DNA from: a virus
Direction: 5' to 3' (one strand)
Length of the DNA: 37,592 bases
Virus record (IMG/VR): IMGVR_UViG_3300045988_073962
Location: 1-37,592 of that record
How positions within the stretch are numbered: the first letter of the stretch is position 1; the number at the start of each line of letters is the position of its first letter. The translations under genes and the position numbers were made by a program. Of this stretch, positions 25,832 through 33,200 are shown in pieces. Under the pieces are notes generated by a model. The model did no database searches and was not told the DNA's origin. It was given only the letters and a program-made list of their open reading frames with translations.

Positions 25832-26878
25832 ATGAAACGACGCAGATTCAAACACTTGTCCTGGGACGACCGTCTGAAAATCGAATCCGGCCTGAAACAC
25901 GGCGATCCCGTCCAGAAGATCGCGGACGACATCGGCGTCCACCGGAACACGATCTATAATGAGATCAAGCGCGGCCAGTATGAACACCTTAATTCTGATC
26001 TGACCACCGAAACCCGGTACAGTCCAGAGATAGCCGAAGCCGCGTACAGGGCGAACCTGGCGGCAAAGGGGCCGGACCTGAAAATCGGGTCCGATCGGCG
26101 CCTGGCCGAACACATCGAAAGCCGCATTGTAAACGACGGCTATTCCCCGGCGGCGGTCCTGGGTGAAATCAAGACCCAGGGGATCGAGTTCGACACGACG
26201 ATCTGTGAAGCGACATTGTATTCCTACATCAAGAAAGGCGTCTTCCTAAACCTGGAACAGTGTCACCTTCCCCGCAAGGGGAAGAAGAAGCGGTCCTATA
26301 CCCGCGTTCAGAAGAAGGCGGCCAAGGCGTCAGCGGGGACCAGTATCGAAAAGCGGCCCCCAGAGATCGACGACCGCGCCGAACTGGGCGACTGGGAAAT
26401 GGACTGTGTCGTCGGGAAGAAAAGGACGAAGGAAACCCTTCTGGTCCTGTCGGAGCGGAAAAGCCGGAAAGAAATCATCATCAAGATGAAGGACAAGACC
26501 GCCGACAGCGTCGTCCGCGCCCTGGATCGCCTTGAACGCCGCTATGGGGCTATGTTCAGCAAGGTCTTCCGGACGATCACCGTCGACAACGGGACGGAGT
26601 TTTCCGACGTGGAGGGCCTGGAACGGTCCTGTCTTCGCAAAGGCCAGAGCCGGACGAAGGTCTACTACTGCCACCCCTATTCTTCCTATGAGCGGGGAAC
26701 AAACGAAAATATAAACGGAATGATCCGCCGCTGGTTCCCGAAGGGGACCGACTTCGGGAAGGTCACGGCGAAGGCGATCAAGGCTGTCGAAGACTGGATC
26801 AACACCTATCCGCGCGGAATCCTGGGATTCTTCACAGCGGACGACATCTTCCTTCCCTGGGTCGCTTCCCTGGCCTGA
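25832..26878 (+). CDS. IS30-family DDE transposase
   Basis: It has an N-terminal HTH (LSWDDRLKIESGLKHGDPVQKIADDIGVHRNTIYNEIKRG). The catalytic signature is GDWEMD ... TVDNGTEF ... YERGTNENINGMIRRWFPKG. ATG 25832 follows GGGAGGA. I could not find terminal inverted repeats by eye. Confidence 0.88.
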   Translation: MKRRRFKHLSWDDRLKIESGLKHGDPVQKIADDIGVHRNTIYNEIKRGQYEHLNSDLTTETRYSPEIAEAAYRANLAAKGPDLKIGSDRRLAEHIESRIVNDGYSPAAVLGEIKTQGIEFDTTICEATLYSYIKKGVFLNLEQCHLPRKGKKKRSYTRVQKKAAKASAGTSIEKRPPEIDDRAELGDWEMDCVVGKKRTKETLLVLSERKSRKEIIIKMKDKTADSVVRALDRLERRYGAMFSKVFRTITVDNGTEFSDVEGLERSCLRKGQSRTKVYYCHPYSSYERGTNENINGMIRRWFPKGTDFGKVTAKAIKAVEDWINTYPRGILGFFTADDIFLPWVASLA

Positions 26879-26898
26879 AAACTTTTTTCAGGTTTTTT
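26874..26898 (+). terminator. Rho-independent terminator
   Basis: cctgaaaa-ctt-ttttcagg followed by T6. It overlaps the transposase stop codon. Confidence 0.7.
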
Positions 26899-26909
26899 AC
26901 AATTTAATC

Positions 26910-26938
26910 TTGACTTTTGCGCTCGCGAGATTTATTAT
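26910..26938 (+). promoter_or_regulatory. Sigma-A/70-type promoter TTGACT-17-TATTAT (candidate early rightward promoter)
   Basis: The -35 TTGACT is at 26910-26915 and the -10 TATTAT at 26933-26938. The spacer contains the palindrome CTCGCGAG. Confidence 0.6.
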
Positions 26939-26983
26939 TAGATTGTGCAAAGGTCACAGACCGACGCACAGTCTAATTTTTTT
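26937..26983 (+). promoter_or_regulatory. 12-17-12 inverted repeat followed by T7, immediately downstream of the -10 (operator or leader terminator/attenuator)
   Basis: attagattgtgc (26937-26948) pairs with gcacagtctaat (26966-26977) at 11 of 12 positions, followed by ttttttt (26977-26983). Confidence 0.5.
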
Positions 26984-27009
26984 ATTCGGAGGTCCCCACC
27001 ACGAAGAAA

Positions 27010-27267
27010 ATGACTGTTCGGAAAATGCTTGAAAACATCGTCGTAAAGACCGCCGGCCTGGACGTCAAGAAGTTCTACCTTGTTTCCACGGACGGGGAGG
27101 TCGTCACGGCAGACTTCGCCGTCGATCTGATCTGCAAGGTCGCGGCCTGGAATGTCCTGTGGGAAGTCGAGATCATTTCCACGACACGCCACGACGATTA
27201 TGTCACCGTGATCTACAATCCAGACATTGAGCAGACCAACGGGGACCCCGACAAAAACCTTTGGTGA
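27010..27267 (+). CDS. Hypothetical protein
   Basis: 85-aa ORF, the first gene after the candidate early promoter. No recognisable motif. Confidence 0.5.
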   Translation: MTVRKMLENIVVKTAGLDVKKFYLVSTDGEVVTADFAVDLICKVAAWNVLWEVEIISTTRHDDYVTVIYNPDIEQTNGDPDKNLW

Positions 27268-27300
27268 CGCCGCCGAAGGGAACAGAAAGAAGGTGAATCC

Positions 27301-27579
27301 GTGGGAAAGCAATACAAAGCAATAACTTTTGACGACCGGAAGACGATTGCTTCCATGTATGCGGACGGGGCGGTCGCGGCCGAAATCGCCGAAATGGTCG
27401 GCGTGTCGCGAACGTCAATCTATGCCGAATTGAAGCGCGGCCAGGACGGCGTCACCCTGGACAAGAACTTCCGGCCGGCCTACGACCCGGCCCTGGCCCA
27501 GAAGCGGGTCCAGGAAGGACTTCGCCGCCGGGGGCGAAAGGCCGAAGACATGGAGAAGGAGGAAACCGAAAATGTCTGA
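27301..27579 (+). CDS. Stand-alone IS30-type N-terminal HTH (HTH_38-like) protein; candidate regulator/recombination directionality factor
   Basis: GTG start after GAAGGTGA. ITFDDRKTIASMYADGAVAAEIAEMVGVSRTSIYAELKRGQ...FRPAYDPALAQ parallels the transposase N-terminus LSWDDRLKIESGLKHGDPVQKIADDIGVHRNTIYNEIKRGQ...TRYSPEIAE. Confidence 0.7.
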   Translation: MGKQYKAITFDDRKTIASMYADGAVAAEIAEMVGVSRTSIYAELKRGQDGVTLDKNFRPAYDPALAQKRVQEGLRRRGRKAEDMEKEETENV

Positions 27580-27751
27580 TACCTGTGGACGCTGTGGCCG
27601 TCGTCTGAAAAATCCGGCCTACATAGAAATCGGCTACGGCCGAACGTGCGCCGCGAAGCTGGGGATCGTCATTCCCCGGAAGCGTAAACCGAAGGGGCCG
27701 GCGCCGGACCGTGTCACCACCACGGCCGACCCGCCCACGGAAGGAAGGTGA
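27572..27751 (+). CDS. Small zinc-ribbon-like protein (CxxCGR...GxGxxC, DUF6011-like)
   Basis: Hand-translated 59-aa frame MSDTCGRCGRRLKNPAYIEIGYGRTCAAKLGIV.... It overlaps both neighbours by a few nt and is below the ORF-track cutoff. Confidence 0.55.
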   Translation: MSDTCGRCGRRLKNPAYIEIGYGRTCAAKLGIVIPRKRKPKGPAPDRVTTTADPPTEGR

Positions 27752-28125
27752 TCGCCGTGAAGTGGAAGATCACCACCCAGGAAAGGAACGCCCTGGTCGA
27801 AGCACATCTGGGCTGTATCTGGTGGACGATCAACAAAAACCGCCGCCTGATCAGTGTTGTCGGCCTGGAAGACGACGACGTCTTCCAACAGTTAGCGATC
27901 CGCATGATCCACGCGATCGAGAACTTCGACCCCGACAAGGGAAAGGACCTGGAACAGCACATCTTCGCACAGCTTCAATATGAAGTCCTGAACTGCAAGG
28001 ACGCCGCGAGGGTGTACGGGATCAAGGGCGCCCCGTATGGAGCGCGGGACCTGGTCGTTTCAATGGACGCCCTGATCGAAGACGGGCGTCAGTTCGCGCG
28101 GGGGGGGGGTGGCTTAAATGCCTAA
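27748..28125 (+). CDS. Sigma-70 region-2-like protein (truncated sigma/anti-sigma-like early regulator)
   Basis: ALVEAHLGCIWWTINKNRRL...LEDDDVFQQLAIRMIHAIENFDPDKGKDLEQHIFAQLQYEVLN follows the sigma-70 r2 pattern (..hl.lV...a......eDl.Q.g...L..a...fdp..g..f..y). No region 4 is present. Confidence 0.6.
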   Translation: MIAVKWKITTQERNALVEAHLGCIWWTINKNRRLISVVGLEDDDVFQQLAIRMIHAIENFDPDKGKDLEQHIFAQLQYEVLNCKDAARVYGIKGAPYGARDLVVSMDALIEDGRQFARGGGGLNA

Positions 28126-28414
28126 AATCAAGACCGTGTGCGGCGTGATCGCCTTCGTCTTCTTCTTCCTTATGCTGGGGACCGTCGGAGCCATTGAACA
28201 GGATCAGGTCGCCCTGGGACCCGGAATAATCCGCGCCTTCGTGTTTGAAGCCCTGTGGGCCGTCTTCTGCAAGCTGGCCGGGGCCTTCGATCCCATACCT
28301 ACCCAGGAAAGGAGGAAGCCGCATGAAGTACAAGGCGAAGACGCTGACGCCTGTCCAGGTTGGACAAGTCGTCAAGGCGCTGATCCTTATGGGCGCGCAG
28401 AAAGTCACCGTTGA
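28118..28414 (+). CDS. Small membrane protein (two predicted TM helices)
   Basis: Contains VCGVIAFVFFFLMLGTVGAI and IIRAFVFEALWAVFCKLAGAF. Its 3' end overlaps the next ORF by about 90 nt, so the true end is uncertain. Confidence 0.4.
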   Translation: MPKIKTVCGVIAFVFFFLMLGTVGAIEQDQVALGPGIIRAFVFEALWAVFCKLAGAFDPIPTQERRKPHEVQGEDADACPGWTSRQGADPYGRAESHR

Positions 28415-28481
28415 AGAAGTCGAAAAGGACCGTTTCGTCGTCACCACAACAACCGAAACGGCCCCTTCCAAAAAAGCCTAA
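28323..28481 (+). CDS. Small hypothetical protein (52 aa)
   Basis: ATG 28323 is preceded by AGGAAAGGAGGAAG. Confidence 0.5.
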   Translation: MKYKAKTLTPVQVGQVVKALILMGAQKVTVEEVEKDRFVVTTTTETAPSKKA

Positions 28482-28513
28482 TCGCATTGTAACACAGAAA
28501 GGAGCGTTTTTCA

Positions 28514-28765
28514 ATGCCGAAACTGAACTTTTATGATACCGACGCCGTGAAGGCGTTTGTCCTGAACATTCTGGTCGAAAACGAAGAACTTCGCCAGTCG
28601 AACACCTTCCTGGACCGCCAGTCGAACGCCTGGTTCCAGGACTACCGGACCCAGAAGGAGCGCGCCGACGCCGCCGAAGCGAAGGTCGCTGAACTGGAAA
28701 AGCTGGCCGACAGCCTGGCCGCCGAGCGCGACGCGGCCCTGGCCCAGAAAGGGGGCGCCGAATAA
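28514..28765 (+). CDS. Coiled-coil hypothetical protein
   Basis: 83 aa, RBS GAAAGGAG, with an Ala/Glu-rich helical C-terminus. Confidence 0.55.
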   Translation: MPKLNFYDTDAVKAFVLNILVENEELRQSNTFLDRQSNAWFQDYRTQKERADAAEAKVAELEKLADSLAAERDAALAQKGGAE

Positions 28766-29652
28766 TGCAGATCACGAACACCATGAACCTTCCGGCCCCT
28801 TTTGTCAGTCTGGCCGAAAGTGACGAATACCCGATCGCCCCCAACGAATACCGCGTCACGTCCCTTCTGAAAGGGACCCGCGAAACGATCCTGGAACGCC
28901 GCCACGGGACGGAGATCACGCGCGACGTGTCCGACATGGTCTGGTTACTGTTCGGGACCGCCGTTCACGGAATCCTGGAACACCACCAGGAAACGGGGAC
29001 CCAGATCAAGGAAGAACGGATCAAGGTCCCGTTCGACGGCTATGTCCTGTCCGGCAAGTTCGACCTGTACGACGACGCGACGAAGATCGTCACCGACTAC
29101 AAGACGGCTTCCGTCTGGAAGATCATCTTCGGCGACTTCGCCGACTGGCGCCGCCAGACCTTGATCTATTGCTATATGTTGCGCCAGATTGGCTTCGACG
29201 CCCAGGGCGGCGAGATCGTGGCCTTCCTGAAAGATCACAGCAAGCGCGACGCGAAGATCAAACCCGATTATCCGAAGTTCCCGGTCCATACCGTGAAGTT
29301 CACCTTCACCGGCGCCGACTTCGCCGAATGTGAAGAATGGCTTCACAAACGCTTCGCCGAGATCGCGGCCGCCGAGAAGCTGGACGACGCTGACCTTCCG
29401 GTCTGTACCCCGGACGAACGCTTCAACAGCGGCGACAAGTTCGCCGTTATGAAGAAGGGCCGGAAGACCGCCCTTCGCGTCCTGGACAGCAAGGAAGCCG
29501 CCGAACAGTGGAAAGCGGACAACGGCGGCGACTTCATTGAAACCCGCCTGGGCGAAGACAAGAAATGCGCGGACTACTGTTCCGCCTGTGAGTTCTGTTC
29601 GTATTATCAGGAAAGGAAGGTGGCCCAGAATGGCGACACAGAAACAAAATGA
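28765..29652 (+). CDS. PD-(D/E)XK nuclease (Cas4/RecB-like exonuclease with a C-terminal Cys cluster)
   Basis: Contains GKFDLYDDATKIVTDYKT (D...D/E-x-K core) and the C-terminal cysteines CTPDERF...CADYCSACEFC. It is paired with an annealase gene downstream. Confidence 0.8.
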   Translation: MQITNTMNLPAPFVSLAESDEYPIAPNEYRVTSLLKGTRETILERRHGTEITRDVSDMVWLLFGTAVHGILEHHQETGTQIKEERIKVPFDGYVLSGKFDLYDDATKIVTDYKTASVWKIIFGDFADWRRQTLIYCYMLRQIGFDAQGGEIVAFLKDHSKRDAKIKPDYPKFPVHTVKFTFTGADFAECEEWLHKRFAEIAAAEKLDDADLPVCTPDERFNSGDKFAVMKKGRKTALRVLDSKEAAEQWKADNGGDFIETRLGEDKKCADYCSACEFCSYYQERKVAQNGDTETK

Positions 29653-30475
29653 TCAGGGCGCGGCGCCGGCCGCCCCTCTGGGCTGGGACAACATTCCCCT
29701 TCTGACCGCCGCCGACATCGAATGTCGGGTCCAGAGCGTCAGCCGGGCGCGGTCCGGCCAGGTCGGCGCCGTCCTGTTGCTTTACAAGGACGCGCGGGTC
29801 GATATGCGGATTCTGGATCAGGTCTTCGGCCCCGGCAACTGGGCGCGGACCCATGAAGTGATCAACGGGAATCTGTTCTGCAATATCGACATCTGGGACG
29901 CCCAGAAGGGCGTCTGGGTCCGGAAACAGGACGTCGGCGTCGAGAGCAACACCGAGAAGGAAAAGGGCCAGGCGTCCGACGCCTTCAAACGCGCCGGCTT
30001 TAACGTCGGGATCGGCCGTGAACTTTACACCGGCCCCTTCATCTATGTCGAACTGGCCGACAACGAGTTCTATTCCGAAGGCCAGCAGAACGGCCGGAAG
30101 GAAGTTCTGAAATGCTATTCAAACACCCGGTTCACCGTTGCACACGTCGCCTACAACGAGCGGCGGGAAATCTGTGAACTGGTGATCACTGACCGAACCG
30201 GCGCCGTCCGGTTCGACATGAAGAACAGGGTCCAGGGACCGCCCCAGACGGGCCAGCAAGGCCAGGGAGCGGCCGGAAAGCCCAGGACCCAGGGAAGGAC
30301 CCAGACGGCCGCAAGGGGCCAGCAGAGCGCACAGACGCCGCCCCCTGGACAGGGAACCGCCGGCGGCGACGCGAAGTGTCCGATCTGTGGCGGACCGACC
30401 ACAAGGGCCGAACAGGACTATTCCCTTCGCAAGTACGGACGCGAAGCCTGTCGGACCTGTCAAAAGGCATTGTAA
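29630..30475 (+). CDS. Rad52/Sak-like single-strand annealing protein with a C-terminal zinc ribbon
   Basis: ATG 29630 follows GAAAGGAAGGTGG. The signature EKGQASDAFKRAGFNVGIGRELY is the Rad52/22 family motif, and the C-terminus has CPICGG...CRTC. Confidence 0.8.
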   Translation: MATQKQNDQGAAPAAPLGWDNIPLLTAADIECRVQSVSRARSGQVGAVLLLYKDARVDMRILDQVFGPGNWARTHEVINGNLFCNIDIWDAQKGVWVRKQDVGVESNTEKEKGQASDAFKRAGFNVGIGRELYTGPFIYVELADNEFYSEGQQNGRKEVLKCYSNTRFTVAHVAYNERREICELVITDRTGAVRFDMKNRVQGPPQTGQQGQGAAGKPRTQGRTQTAARGQQSAQTPPPGQGTAGGDAKCPICGGPTTRAEQDYSLRKYGREACRTCQKAL

Positions 30476-30481
30476 AAGGGG

Positions 30482-31258
30482 GTGGCAAATGTGCCAAGCC
30501 GAATTATTAAGGAATCTATCACCACCAGCGAATCGCTGGCCGGCGTCAGCGCAGACGCGGAACGCCTTTTCTGGCGCCTGGTGGTCAAGGCCGACGACTA
30601 CGGCCTGTATTACGGGAACCCGAAGATTCTGTCGTCTATGTGCTTCCCGCTGAACCCCCCGACGGAAAAGAAGATTCAATCCTGGCTGGCCGAACTGGTC
30701 GATCAGGGCATGGTCGGGACCTATACGTCGGAGGAAGACGGGAAGCAATACCTGAAACTTCTGTCGTGGGACAAGCACCAGCAGACCCGCGCGAAGAAAA
30801 GCAAATACCCGCTTCCGGTATCGTTTGATAGCATTTGCAGACAAGCGAATGGAAATCAACTGAAAGCAAAAGTCCCCGTAAACGGAAACGAAAGCGAAAA
30901 CGGAAGCGAGAAACGAGAAACGGGAACGCGCCCAACCGGGGCGAAGGGTGAGCCGTCAGGATTTGATCGTTTTTGGGCCGCATATCCCCGCCGCGTCGGG
31001 AAACAGGACGCCCTGAAAGCCTGGGGCCAGCTTAACCCGGACGACGCCCTGGTGGACCTGATCGTCGCCGGCGTGGAACGCTGGAAGACCTGTGAACAGT
31101 GGACGAAGGACGACGGAAAGTTCATCTGCTACCCGGCGACGTTCCTTCGCGGCCGCCGCTGGGAGGAAGACGACCGCCCGGACGTTCCCCCGTCCCCCGG
31201 AAGACCTTCTGGGCCGAAGAACTACGCCGGCGACGAAGACTTCCTGGAAAGGGGGTGA
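30482..31258 (+). CDS. Replisome organiser / replication initiation protein (DnaD-like)
   Basis: 258 aa. The N-terminus has ERLFWRLVVKADDYG and the C-terminus has FDRFWAAYPRRVGKQDALKAW, a motif common in phage replication proteins. It precedes the DnaC-like loader. Confidence 0.65.
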   Translation: MANVPSRIIKESITTSESLAGVSADAERLFWRLVVKADDYGLYYGNPKILSSMCFPLNPPTEKKIQSWLAELVDQGMVGTYTSEEDGKQYLKLLSWDKHQQTRAKKSKYPLPVSFDSICRQANGNQLKAKVPVNGNESENGSEKRETGTRPTGAKGEPSGFDRFWAAYPRRVGKQDALKAWGQLNPDDALVDLIVAGVERWKTCEQWTKDDGKFICYPATFLRGRRWEEDDRPDVPPSPGRPSGPKNYAGDEDFLERG

Positions 31259-31262
31259 TCCC

Positions 31263-32123
31263 GTGAACCCGATCAGCGAAGTTTTACAGAAAATGGCGAC
31301 ACCGGTTCAAAATCGGGGCGACTTCACCGACGCCGAAGGCTTCCTGTGCTGTGGGGCCTGTGGTGAGCGAAAGGAAATGGACGTCAACGTCCCGACCGAT
31401 CTTCGCCCTTCCGGCGTCATGCGGGTCCGGCGGAATTGCCGCTGTGAGCGGGAACGGTATGAAGCCCAGGAGAAGGCCAGGCGGGAACAGGACTTTCAAA
31501 CCCGCATGGAACACCTTCGCCGTGACGGGATCACGGACCCGGCCTATTTGAAATACACCTTCGGCCAGGACGACCGCCGGAACCCGGAAGTCAGCGACGT
31601 CTGTCTGAAATACGTCCAGAACTGGGACGACATGAAGGCGGACAACATCGGAATCCTGTTCTATGGCGACGTCGGGACCGGGAAGTCCTTCCTGGCCTGT
31701 TGTATCGCGAACGCCCTTCTGGGTCGCCTGGTCAGTGTCAGCGTCACCAACTTCCCGCGAATCCTGAACACGCTTCAAGGGACCTTCGACGACGAACGCC
31801 AGAAGCGGATCGACCGCCTTCAACAGTATTCCCTTCTGGTGATCGACGACCTGGGGGTCGAGCGGGACACGGCGTTTTCCGTCGAACAGGTCTACAACGT
31901 GATCGACACCAGGGCCAGGTCCGGGAAGCCCCTGATCGTCACGACGAACCTGTCCATGAAAGACCTTCAAAACCCGCCTACCCTGGCCCATAGCCGAATC
32001 TATGACCGCGTCCTGGAAATGTGTCCGATCCGGCTGAAACTGACCGGGGAATCCCGGAGAGTAAGCAACGCGAACGACCGGAAGGACAAGGCGCGGCGCC
32101 TTCTGGGCCTGGAAGGGGCGTGA
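31263..32123 (+). CDS. DnaC/IstB-like AAA+ helicase loader
   Basis: Walker A (FYGDVGTGKSFLA) and Walker B (LLVIDDLGVE) are present. GTG 31263 follows GAAAGGGGGTGA. The upstream part of ORF 31092-32123 overlaps the previous gene. Confidence 0.88.
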   Translation: MNPISEVLQKMATPVQNRGDFTDAEGFLCCGACGERKEMDVNVPTDLRPSGVMRVRRNCRCERERYEAQEKARREQDFQTRMEHLRRDGITDPAYLKYTFGQDDRRNPEVSDVCLKYVQNWDDMKADNIGILFYGDVGTGKSFLACCIANALLGRLVSVSVTNFPRILNTLQGTFDDERQKRIDRLQQYSLLVIDDLGVERDTAFSVEQVYNVIDTRARSGKPLIVTTNLSMKDLQNPPTLAHSRIYDRVLEMCPIRLKLTGESRRVSNANDRKDKARRLLGLEGA

Positions 32124-32125
32124 CT

Positions 32126-32536
32126 ATGAGGAAGTACAAACTGACGATCCCTGGGATTCTCCCAGGGCTGAACGAATACATCGACGCGGAACGGTCCTAT
32201 AAGGGCAAATACAAGGCCGCGTCCATGAAGAAGCAAGCCCAGAACGTGATCGGCTACATGGTGAAGACCCAACTTCGGGGGGTCCGCTTCACCCGCCCCG
32301 TGGTGATCCATTACCTGTGGATCGAGCCGAGCCGCCGGCGCGACAAGGACAACGTCGCGTTTGCGAAGAAGTTCATTCAGGACGCCCTGGTGGAAGGCGG
32401 CGTCCTTCGGAATGACGGCTGGGCCGAAATTGAGCATTTCACAGACGACTTCGCCGTGGACCCGAAGAACCCCCGCGTCGAAGTCACGATCGAAGAATAT
32501 GAAGGAGGAAAACACAATGGTAAAAGTAAAAATTAA
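32126..32536 (+). CDS. rusA: RusA-family Holliday junction resolvase
   Basis: 136 aa from ATG 32126. The segment RRRDKDNVAFAKKFIQDALVEGGVLRNDGW matches the RusA D-x-DN ... D-x-L ... DD catalytic pattern. Confidence 0.8.
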   Translation: MRKYKLTIPGILPGLNEYIDAERSYKGKYKAASMKKQAQNVIGYMVKTQLRGVRFTRPVVIHYLWIEPSRRRDKDNVAFAKKFIQDALVEGGVLRNDGWAEIEHFTDDFAVDPKNPRVEVTIEEYEGGKHNGKSKN

Positions 32537-33200
32537 GGACCTGGCGCCCGGCGCCTTCTTCGACATCGGCCCCGTGAAGGTCAAGGTCATGGAACACTTC
32601 GCGGACGGGAAAACCCTTCTGACGGCCACGGAGCCGATCGGGAACCGCCCCTTCACCGTCCGCCCCTTCACCTACAAGCGCCAGGACCCGGAGCCGAATC
32701 CGAACGACTTCCGGTTCAGCACCTTGAAGGACGACCTAAACACCGACTTCCTGGCGGCCGTGGCCGCCGGCGGCGTGATCCCGGTCGACCGGATTCTGGA
32801 CGCGGCCTGGGACCTGACCGCCAGCGACGGCGTGAACCGTTACGGCTATGTGACCTGTAAGGTCGCTATGCTTCCCGAAACACTGGTCCGGAGATACTAC
32901 GACGCCGGCCTGTTGGAGATCGACGACTGGGAATGGACAATCACCCCGAACGCCGGCAACGCGTACTACGCGCGGCATGTATACACCGACGGCAGTCTGA
33001 TCTACTACGGCGCCTGGGGTGGCAACTACGGCGTCCGGCCGGCTTTATTCGTGGATTCTGACATCTGCCTGTCGCTGGAACAGGACGAAGTCGATCTGTC
33101 GAATCAGGCCCTTCTGGGTGAGTTCACGTCAAAGGAACTGGTCACAGAAGTCCTTCGCCGGATCGCCGCCGGCGAGAAGGACCCGGACGAAGACGAATGA
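32517..33200 (+). CDS. DGR target protein 2 (small, non-structural-module protein carrying VR2)
   Basis: ATG 32517 lies 8 nt after GGAGG, giving 227 aa. It contains WEWTITPNAGNAYYARHVYTDGSLIYYGAWGGNYGVRPALFV, in-frame with the TR-homologous DNA. There is no N-terminal hydrophobic segment. Confidence 0.85.
   Translation: MVKVKIKDLAPGAFFDIGPVKVKVMEHFADGKTLLTATEPIGNRPFTVRPFTYKRQDPEPNPNDFRFSTLKDDLNTDFLAAVAAGGVIPVDRILDAAWDLTASDGVNRYGYVTCKVAMLPETLVRRYYDAGLLEIDDWEWTITPNAGNAYYARHVYTDGSLIYYGAWGGNYGVRPALFVDSDICLSLEQDEVDLSNQALLGEFTSKELVTEVLRRIAAGEKDPDEDE
32944..33046 (+). repeat. DGR variable repeat 2 (VR2), remote from the cassette
   Basis: Gap-free alignment to the TR (offset 14584) gives 14 internal differences. 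Thirteen are at TR adenines and one is at TR C18397, a synonymous GTC-to-GTA change. Confidence 0.9.

Noticed and set aside
25757-26990. Terminal inverted repeats defining a discrete IS30 insertion sequence
   Set aside because: I compared the ~75 bp upstream of the transposase gene with the reverse complement of the ~110 bp downstream and found only weak matches (about 10 of 14). I therefore did not annotate a bounded mobile element. This needs a computational inverted-repeat search.
28100-28146. Possibility that a +/-1 change in the G10 tract fuses the sigma-r2-like ORF to the downstream membrane ORF
   Set aside because: I checked both shifted frames. One hits TAA at 28115-28117 and the other stops by about 28146, so no fusion product is possible.
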